Below are positions 57,565 to 64,000 of a DNA stretch of 64,000 nucleotides, in pieces. The DNA lies in the sequence record LC620505.1; one strand, written 5' to 3'. Every line of letters begins with the position of its first letter. The stretch's first letter is position 1. The position numbers and the translations under genes are program-made. The notes beneath the pieces were generated by a model. It was given only the letters and a program-made list of their open reading frames with translations. It was not told the origin of the DNA and did not search any database. Source of the DNA: Escherichia phage NiC89.

Positions 57565-58490
57565 TTCAATACCTCAATAGCATTACGTAAACCATTTGCT
57601 TTGGCGGTTAAAGCCTTAAGAACTTTAGTATGCTCTTCAATTTGTTTTTCAACTTCAGTCAAACGGGCATTGAGATATTCACGTTCTTCACCCAGATTAT
57701 CAACCTTTTCTACTTTAGGCTCTTTTACAACTGTCTTATATGTATTAGGGTTCTTCAGTTTAATTAGAATGCGTGAACTGTATAACATTGAACCATTATC
57801 TTCGGTTTCGTCATACATTTCCACTACGTCCATAATTTTTAACATCATGCGGAGTTTATAAGACAACGAACGAATAGTTTTGTTGTGCTTATTAATTTCT
57901 TTAGCTGTCATGGTGCCGAGATTACGTGAGTAATAATAAGGAACCTGGATATTAATTAATACTGATGAACCACCTGGCTTGTGTGTTACTTCATCAGCAA
58001 TAACCCAGTCCTTAACATGAACTGTATTTGTACGATCATCGCCCGCGGTAAACAGTTTGCGAGCATGCTTAAAAAGCATATTCACTTGGGTATTGAATTG
58101 ACAAGCAAATTTATCAGCAAATTTAGTTTCAGGAATGGTAGATAACCAATCAGCCAAATGGGTCTTTTTAACATCGTTAACAATAGTAAATTGAACCAAA
58201 TCGGTTATAGATGTCTCAGATTTAATGAAGCTCGGCTTCATAAAGTTTTTAATGTTATCACGAGCTATAGTAGAAGATAACATACGAGAACGTTTAAACC
58301 ATTCAAGCAAATTGCCTAACGAATGAGAATAAGCGTTTTGAGTATCTTTACAGATATGATTTTCCTGGCCAACATATTGAAGGAAATCACGAAGAATATT
58401 ATTGATTACTGCTCTGTGTCCGATCTGATAATTACGGTGTTTAGTAATAAGACTGTCAAAATAATCAATATAATGTTTACGAGTTTTCAT
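57561..58490 (-). CDS. Coiled-coil protein, 309 aa; member 1 of tandem paralogue family
   Basis: N-terminus MKTRKHYIDYF; C-terminal ~45-aa coiled coil. Confidence 0.6.
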   Translation of the reverse strand: MKTRKHYIDYFDSLITKHRNYQIGHRAVINNILRDFLQYVGQENHICKDTQNAYSHSLGNLLEWFKRSRMLSSTIARDNIKNFMKPSFIKSETSITDLVQFTIVNDVKKTHLADWLSTIPETKFADKFACQFNTQVNMLFKHARKLFTAGDDRTNTVHVKDWVIADEVTHKPGGSSVLINIQVPYYYSRNLGTMTAKEINKHNKTIRSLSYKLRMMLKIMDVVEMYDETEDNGSMLYSSRILIKLKNPNTYKTVVKEPKVEKVDNLGEEREYLNARLTEVEKQIEEHTKVLKALTAKANGLRNAIEVLK

Positions 58491-58541
58491 GTTCTTCTCA
58501 CTTGTTAATGATTTATACTCCGAGCCATCCTTGGCTTTAAA

Positions 58542-59543
58542 TTACTTAATTAACTGTAAAGCTTGTTCAAGACGATCCAAGCGATTAACAGATTCTTCCC
58601 AAATCTTTTTAGCCTTCTCATATTCTTTCTGCGCTTTATTAGAAATTTCTAGAACTTCTTTATAAGCTTTTTCTAGTGCAACAACTTCTGGACGAATTTC
58701 TACCGGTTCAAGTGAATCGTCAAGATTATCCATTAGTTCCTCAAGGGTAGTTTCTTCTTTAGGAGTATTCGCAATTTCTTCGCATTTTTGTTGGTAAATT
58801 TCTTTATCAGTTAGTGAATAAGCACATTTCACTTCACGAAGACTAATTACAATTTTATATCCTTCCCAACCACCAATATTTTTGAAAGGATATGTATGAA
58901 TACTTTTTACAGTTTCCATACAATCCAAAGCCGTCTCTAATTGATGAGTTATAGTGCTAGCAATTGAGAAAAATTTATTAATATTCTTTTGGTTAGCTTC
59001 TGGTGTAAAAAATTCATAATTCACAAAAATAGCTACTTTATTTTTATCAAGCTCATATTCTTTTACGATAATCATATCAGAAGCCAAAGGATGAATTTGA
59101 CGATAATCGCCATAACATAATTTAGAAGCTGATTTTAGAATTTGTCCTTTAAAAAGTCTGAAATTACTAATCCAACGACGAGTAAAAATATTCTTAGGGT
59201 CTTCTTTGATATTAAGATGATAAGAATTAACATCACCGAACCAATTGTATCCTATTACACCTTTAGTTCGTTTAATTTCTTTCCCAAAATTACCAAGAAT
59301 ATCCCGATTAACTAAATATGAAAGAAGACGAGACCCTTTAAAGATTATCTTAATATCATCTTTATCTACACGGCTAGAAATTTCACGAACTTCATGAATA
59401 AATTTACTGGAAGAAACAATACTTGCATCAATACCGCTGAGCCATTGATTGATAATAGAAAGAACAGCGTTCTGACTAGACATGGGTTTAACTTTATCAT
59501 CAATAACCCTATTGAATGATTTGATATATTCGTTACGAGTCAT
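58542..59543 (-). CDS. Coiled-coil protein, ~333 aa; member 2 of tandem paralogue family
   Basis: Track ORF runs through promoter; start taken at MTRNEYIKSF after GAGGAG; C-terminal coiled coil. Confidence 0.6.
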   Translation of the reverse strand: MTRNEYIKSFNRVIDDKVKPMSSQNAVLSIINQWLSGIDASIVSSSKFIHEVREISSRVDKDDIKIIFKGSRLLSYLVNRDILGNFGKEIKRTKGVIGYNWFGDVNSYHLNIKEDPKNIFTRRWISNFRLFKGQILKSASKLCYGDYRQIHPLASDMIIVKEYELDKNKVAIFVNYEFFTPEANQKNINKFFSIASTITHQLETALDCMETVKSIHTYPFKNIGGWEGYKIVISLREVKCAYSLTDKEIYQQKCEEIANTPKEETTLEELMDNLDDSLEPVEIRPEVVALEKAYKEVLEISNKAQKEYEKAKKIWEESVNRLDRLEQALQLIK

Positions 59544-59571
59544 ATTAATCTCCTCAGTAGAAAGTAAGAAC

Positions 59572-59601
59572 ATTATACCACATCCTTGTGGCAAAGTAAA
59601 C
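59572..59601 (-). promoter_or_regulatory. T4-type early promoter
   Basis: GTTTAC (59596-59601), 18-bp spacer, TGGTATAAT; near-identical to the cassette at 14082. Confidence 0.6.
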
Positions 59602-60620
59602 TAGTTCAGTGCATTTAATGCATTGTTCAGTTTAGAACGTTGCTTTGTCAGATTTTGAACCCTTGACTGAGCTTGTTCTAACGCCTTTTCAGCTTCTAGC
59701 ACTTCATTGGTCGCTTTAACGAGTTCATCATCTACTGTCTTAAGAGACTTCTCAATCGCATCCGCGTGCCATTTTTCAACAGGTTTAAGACTCGGATTTT
59801 CAGTAGGAAGAAAATTCACTTTATTAAATTTCCATGCATCTTTATTACCTGAGCTATACATCCAAAATTTAGGATCGTTTGATGAGCAATTAGATAAATT
59901 TAAGTTATCTTGCACTTCCTGCTTTTTCTCTTGCGGGACTTCATCCTTTCTCAAAAAATCGTATTTAAATGAAACGATCATATCAAGTTCATACGTTGTT
60001 GTATGTTCCCAATTTCGCTCAAAATGAGGTAAAATCTTAGATTGAACAGCGGCAACAACATCCATATACTTAAATGCTTCTGTCAACTGTGATTTAAGGC
60101 ATTCACAAATTGAAAGAGAATTTTTTGTATTAGGTTTAAAGCTAATTCGTGCAGTTCTATTATTTTCTTTTAATGGTCTTACTTCCATCTGAAGAGTATA
60201 ACCATCAAATTTCAGGTTCTTTAAGTTAATGTCAGAACCTTTTAATCGACTAGCTGTCGACAAAATTTGCTTTAATTGTTTACGGAATAGAGCAATAAAT
60301 CTCCATTCAAGACGGTAATGATTTGGATTAAAAAATCCTGTTGATAAATCAACCTTACTCTGACCAACGCCTTGAACAAATAGAGGATTTTTATAATCAA
60401 TAGTTTTACAGAAATCGGTGAGCTGTTCACGAGCAGTCATTTGCGTAATATATCCAGCTTTATCAAAATGTCGCAACCATTCACTGCTATTCATATACTT
60501 AAAGTGAATGGAACTATTAACTCTATCAGGGTCTAAATTATTTTGGCACAAAAATGTCATAACATTACGGGTATAGCTGGCATTACGAACCATATCTTCA
60601 ATTTGAGAACGAGTTTTCAT
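59601..60620 (-). CDS. Coiled-coil protein, 339 aa; member 3 of tandem paralogue family
   Basis: N-terminus MKTRSQIEDMV; C-terminal coiled coil. Confidence 0.6.
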   Translation of the reverse strand: MKTRSQIEDMVRNASYTRNVMTFLCQNNLDPDRVNSSIHFKYMNSSEWLRHFDKAGYITQMTAREQLTDFCKTIDYKNPLFVQGVGQSKVDLSTGFFNPNHYRLEWRFIALFRKQLKQILSTASRLKGSDINLKNLKFDGYTLQMEVRPLKENNRTARISFKPNTKNSLSICECLKSQLTEAFKYMDVVAAVQSKILPHFERNWEHTTTYELDMIVSFKYDFLRKDEVPQEKKQEVQDNLNLSNCSSNDPKFWMYSSGNKDAWKFNKVNFLPTENPSLKPVEKWHADAIEKSLKTVDDELVKATNEVLEAEKALEQAQSRVQNLTKQRSKLNNALNALN

Positions 60621-60628
60621 GGTATTCC

Positions 60629-61516
60629 TTAAGATTTAAGTAAATCAACAATTTTAATTAACTTTTCACGCTCAGATTTAGCTTTACTACTCAATCCAGA
60701 TAGTCTAAAGATTTCATCGTCATATTGTTGAATAGAAATATTCAGCTCTTCAATTTGCTTATTAAAATAATCAATTTGCTCAGAATGTTTTTCGTTACTA
60801 CGAACTGGTACAGGTTTTGTAGGCAATTTAGTTGAACTGGATTCATCCGGGCGATAAATTAAAATACAACTTGAACCAATTGGACATTTTGCACCAGATG
60901 AATATTCTAATGTTCCAGATTCTTTTAAAACTTCAAAAGCTAAACAGAGATGATGACCCATATTGACATAATCAGTAGAGCGAGCTCTGATGTAATAATC
61001 ATCTCCACGAGTACTAAATTTAAAGCATTTAAGGTCTTCTGTATTATTGGTCTTAAAAATCATTTGTTTATCTAGACCTTTAGCTAATCGAGCGCCTAAT
61101 GCTAATAATCGTCGTTGATTTTCCCACAAATCTGCAATCATTTGGTCAAATGATAATTTTGGCATTAGTCGACCATAAAGGTCATATCCTTTATTATAAT
61201 TACGAAGAATTTCACTCGCATTAATACGAGACAATGCTCCAATTTTATTAAGGGCTTTCATGATGCGATTAGATAAACTCATTCCAGATCCGTTTGTTCG
61301 CTGTAAATGTTTTTCTAATCCAAATCCAATATCAACTTTAAATTTATCTAAAATTTCAGCATGAACATCTCTGTCAATAACATTCAAATCCAAAGTTGGG
61401 TTAAATCTATGAAAAAATTTATCTGGCTCTCCACGACGAAGTACAGTCCATTCATTCAATTTTTTATTAACTAAAGATTTAATTACTGTATTGACATTAT
61501 TAATTACTACTGACAT
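60629..61516 (-). CDS. Coiled-coil protein, ~295 aa; member 4 of tandem paralogue family
   Basis: Start at MSVVINN after GAGGAAAAT; C-terminal coiled coil. Confidence 0.55.
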   Translation of the reverse strand: MSVVINNVNTVIKSLVNKKLNEWTVLRRGEPDKFFHRFNPTLDLNVIDRDVHAEILDKFKVDIGFGLEKHLQRTNGSGMSLSNRIMKALNKIGALSRINASEILRNYNKGYDLYGRLMPKLSFDQMIADLWENQRRLLALGARLAKGLDKQMIFKTNNTEDLKCFKFSTRGDDYYIRARSTDYVNMGHHLCLAFEVLKESGTLEYSSGAKCPIGSSCILIYRPDESSSTKLPTKPVPVRSNEKHSEQIDYFNKQIEELNISIQQYDDEIFRLSGLSSKAKSEREKLIKIVDLLKS

Positions 61517-61523
61517 ATTTTCC

Positions 61524-61931
61524 TCACTCAATTTCAATTTTACTAAATACACAGAATATGATGGAAAAGACTATATAAGCACCGCATACAGATTGAACTA
61601 ATACCATTCCAAAGAACCAAACGATATTATCAAACAATGTCTGTTTTACGTCGAAAGGACGTAAACTTACAGTAATATTATCACCTTTTTCTATTGAAGA
61701 ATACATCTCTGGGGAAATATATTCACTAAATCTATAACCGTCTTTGAGTTCATATACGGCAATAAACGATAAACTAGACCCCTTTCCTTGAGTTCCTGTA
61801 AGGGTATTAACTACAGTAACATCATAATCTTTATAATGCATATAATCATTAATAGCATAATAACCATATGCAACTACTATACATAAACAACATATCAATA
61901 AATTCAATCTTTTAATTATCAACTGTTTCAT
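61524..61931 (-). CDS. Membrane protein, 135 aa (N- and C-terminal TM segments)
   Basis: Hydrophobic segments at both ends. Confidence 0.55.
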   Translation of the reverse strand: MKQLIIKRLNLLICCLCIVVAYGYYAINDYMHYKDYDVTVVNTLTGTQGKGSSLSFIAVYELKDGYRFSEYISPEMYSSIEKGDNITVSLRPFDVKQTLFDNIVWFFGMVLVQSVCGAYIVFSIIFCVFSKIEIE

Positions 61932-61986
61932 AATAATCTCAATTAAAAGGGCTTAGAACCATTATACCATCCTTGGTATAAAGCGG

Positions 61987-62514
61987 TTATGCGAGTACCG
62001 TCTTTAACCGTTCTTCAAACTTCCGAAGAGTATTTTGGCGTTCAGCTCTTTGCTTTTTGTAAGTTTCAATACGCTCTGAAATGAGAGTGTATCGTTCATT
62101 TACTGATTCTTTCATAAAATCAGGAATTTCACGAGAAGCTTTAATCTCATCAAATTTATCAATAACAGCTTGCTCTTCAGCAATTAAGTTATCATACATT
62201 AAAATATCTTTCTTGATGAACTCAATATCTTCTTGAGTTACACGAGATAATTTAGATGCTTTATCCTTTTTGTACTGTTCGTTAGTATCACGAGACCAGT
62301 GTAATGTACGATTTTTATTCGTATTTTTGTAAATTTCTACAATACCAATTTCATCAATAATAACGATCCAATTCCAACGGGATTTGTAAATTTGTCCTCC
62401 ATCAACAGTGATTTCACCTCCGATTGAGATGTCATTAAAGAACTTGCTTTGTGCTTCAGATTTAAATTTACCATCGTTGTAATTTACCAGGTTGAAAATA
62501 TCTTTAGCATTCAT
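61987..62514 (-). CDS. Hypothetical coiled-coil protein, ~175 aa
   Basis: Track ORF runs through promoter; start at MNAKDIF after conserved ACGGAGGAACACAAA leader. Confidence 0.55.
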   Translation of the reverse strand: MNAKDIFNLVNYNDGKFKSEAQSKFFNDISIGGEITVDGGQIYKSRWNWIVIIDEIGIVEIYKNTNKNRTLHWSRDTNEQYKKDKASKLSRVTQEDIEFIKKDILMYDNLIAEEQAVIDKFDEIKASREIPDFMKESVNERYTLISERIETYKKQRAERQNTLRKFEERLKTVLA

Positions 62515-62542
62515 TTTGTGTTCCTCCGTAGTTGATAGTTGT

Positions 62543-62572
62543 ATAGTACCACAGAGGAACAGTCTTGTAAAC
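62543..62572 (-). promoter_or_regulatory. T4-type early promoter
   Basis: GTTTAC (62567-62572), 18-bp spacer, TGGTACTAT; nearly identical to the cassette at 9311. Confidence 0.6.
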
Positions 62573-62574
62573 AA

Positions 62575-62889
62575 CTAAAAGAAACTTCTTTCACAATTTT
62601 TTCCACTAAACCATGCGCTGACCGCTTTCTTAGTCTCAGGAGCAGTGTTATCCATAAACCATTCAAAGGCAGCCTTTTTATGATTCTGGAGGGCTTCTCG
62701 GGCTTTAATCTGCTCACGGTCTATTAACACTAACATATGAGCCTTTCTTGTCACCAAGGGCTTCTTATGATTCTTGGAGTATTCCCAGTCATTTGTCCAA
62801 CGCATTGTCGTTGCGAACTGATGAACCGCGTCTTTAATTTTAGTTTCATAAATTTCACGAGCCTTTGAGTATAACATCACTACCTCCAT
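62575..62889 (-). CDS. Hypothetical protein, 104 aa
   Basis: ORF. Confidence 0.5.
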   Translation of the reverse strand: MEVVMLYSKAREIYETKIKDAVHQFATTMRWTNDWEYSKNHKKPLVTRKAHMLVLIDREQIKAREALQNHKKAAFEWFMDNTAPETKKAVSAWFSGKNCERSFF

Positions 62890-62978
62890 TCACCAGTTTA
62901 ATTCTAGTCATCTTTTTGATGGCAGTCCATATAATCTATTTCTGAACTGCCTTTTTGTCATAGAAGTCCTCTTATGAA

Positions 62979-63947
62979 TTATTTCAGAAGAGTAACCTCA
63001 GCGATTTCTTCCCAACCGTTTTTGTCGGTCATAATAAAGTCAGCAAGATAAAGAGCAGTACGCAGTGAAACATTGCGTAAACGATTAACATTGACTTTCA
63101 TCCATGATAATGCTTTATAAGTTTCTTCATCAGAAAGACCGCGCTTTTGCATCATGTCAGTTGAAAGAATAACATCTTCAACCCTGACCATAATTTCTTC
63201 ATTAGTGTGAACACCCAAATCTAAATAAACTGAGCGGGACACTAATGCTTGTAAATGTGGAGCAAGTTTAGTACCACGGTCTAATTCGCGGTCAATGTCA
63301 ACGTTTGTGATAAAAACAATCGTTCCTTTAAATTCAAACTCACGCTCAATGCCTTTTTCTTCTAAGTAAGAAGATGCAGTGCTCCAGCAGACTTTACGGG
63401 TCTCTCCAGTGTCCAGAGCGGCTTTTAGAAGATTAAGAATATCCATATCAGAGAAAACATCCACATCATCAATCAAAAGGACAGAATTCTCTTCACGATT
63501 ATTCCAAAGCTGCTCATAAAGACCGATACCGGAGATTTTACCGTTAATGCTTTTATATTCAATGTATCCAATATCATTTGCTTTATTTAAAGCTTTATCT
63601 AAAGAATACGTTTTACCAATACCTGCTGCACCAGAGATAATTAATGAACGAATGTTTCCGTTAATAATACCATTCGTCATCATTCCCATAACATTAAATC
63701 TTTTATTAATGCGGGTTTTCATATCTTCATACGATTCTTTAACTTCTTCAACTTTTACACCATCATATGAAATGTCTGATTTGTAAACCCAAACACCGCG
63801 ACGTTTACCGTCAATTTCAACAAAAACTTTACCATCTCCTTGTGCATCTACCGGAGCATTATCTGGGAACCATTCGCCTAAGAGCTCAAAAGTTCCAGAG
63901 ATTTCTTTACCGAAGTAGATACCCTTATTGATAGTTACAGTTTTCAT
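62979..63947 (-). CDS. P-loop NTPase, ~322 aa
   Basis: Walker A SGAAGIGKT, Walker B VLLIDDVD; start at MKTVTI after conserved GGAGAATAAA leader. Confidence 0.6.
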   Translation of the reverse strand: MKTVTINKGIYFGKEISGTFELLGEWFPDNAPVDAQGDGKVFVEIDGKRRGVWVYKSDISYDGVKVEEVKESYEDMKTRINKRFNVMGMMTNGIINGNIRSLIISGAAGIGKTYSLDKALNKANDIGYIEYKSINGKISGIGLYEQLWNNREENSVLLIDDVDVFSDMDILNLLKAALDTGETRKVCWSTASSYLEEKGIEREFEFKGTIVFITNVDIDRELDRGTKLAPHLQALVSRSVYLDLGVHTNEEIMVRVEDVILSTDMMQKRGLSDEETYKALSWMKVNVNRLRNVSLRTALYLADFIMTDKNGWEEIAEVTLLK

Positions 63948-63984
63948 TTTATTCTCCAAATCTGTATCAGTAGTTGATAGTTGT

Positions 63985-64000
63985 ATAGTACCATAAAGCT
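63985..64000 (-). promoter_or_regulatory. Early promoter cassette, -10 half only (truncated by window end)
   Basis: TGGTACTATACAACTATCAACTACTGATACAGATTTGGAG present; -35 lies beyond the window. Confidence 0.45.

Noticed and set aside
1-64000. tRNA, rRNA, CRISPR, integrase or transposase features
   Set aside because: No cloverleaf-like candidates, direct-repeat arrays, or recombinase-like ORFs were seen on inspection; an undetected tRNA cannot be fully excluded without a covariance-model search.

Overview
This window reads as a contiguous segment of a T-even (T4-like, Tevenvirinae) coliphage genome, colinear with the T4 map from the 3' end of gene 37 across the rII region to the nrdC-distal block. 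All calls are from reading the sequence and ORF translations against remembered T4 proteins; no database search was run. Three late genes lie on the + strand (37 C-terminal part, 38, holin t); everything else is on the - strand: asiA, arn-like, motA, 52, stp, ndd-like, denB, rIIB, rIIA, 39, dexA, dda, modA, modB, soc, 56, 61, sp, dmd, 41, 40, uvsX, a glycosyltransferase, 42, imm, 43, regA, 62, 44, 45, rpbA, 46, 47, alpha-gt, 55, nrdH-like, nrdG, nrdD, 49, nrdC and about ten downstream ORFs of unknown function. Several features resemble T2/T6 more than T4: a 262-aa glycine-rich gp38 adhesin, an unsplit 606-aa gene 39, a DxD-type glycosyltransferase in the beta-gt slot, and no dam/69-sized gene between 56 and 61. 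Non-coding signal is dense: at least 15 conserved early-promoter cassettes (GTTTAC, 18 bp, TGGTA-TAnnnT), MotA-box middle promoters, a TATAAATA late promoter before soc, and about 15 GC-rich UUCG-type hairpins after genes. The most interesting points are a modB reading frame broken at an A AAA AAG heptamer, a duplicated 61.2-like domain gene beside sp/dmd, a four-gene tandem family of coiled-coil paralogs beyond nrdC, and a glutaredoxin-like domain with no usable ATG. No rRNA, tRNA, CRISPR array, transposase, intron or homing-endonuclease gene was seen.
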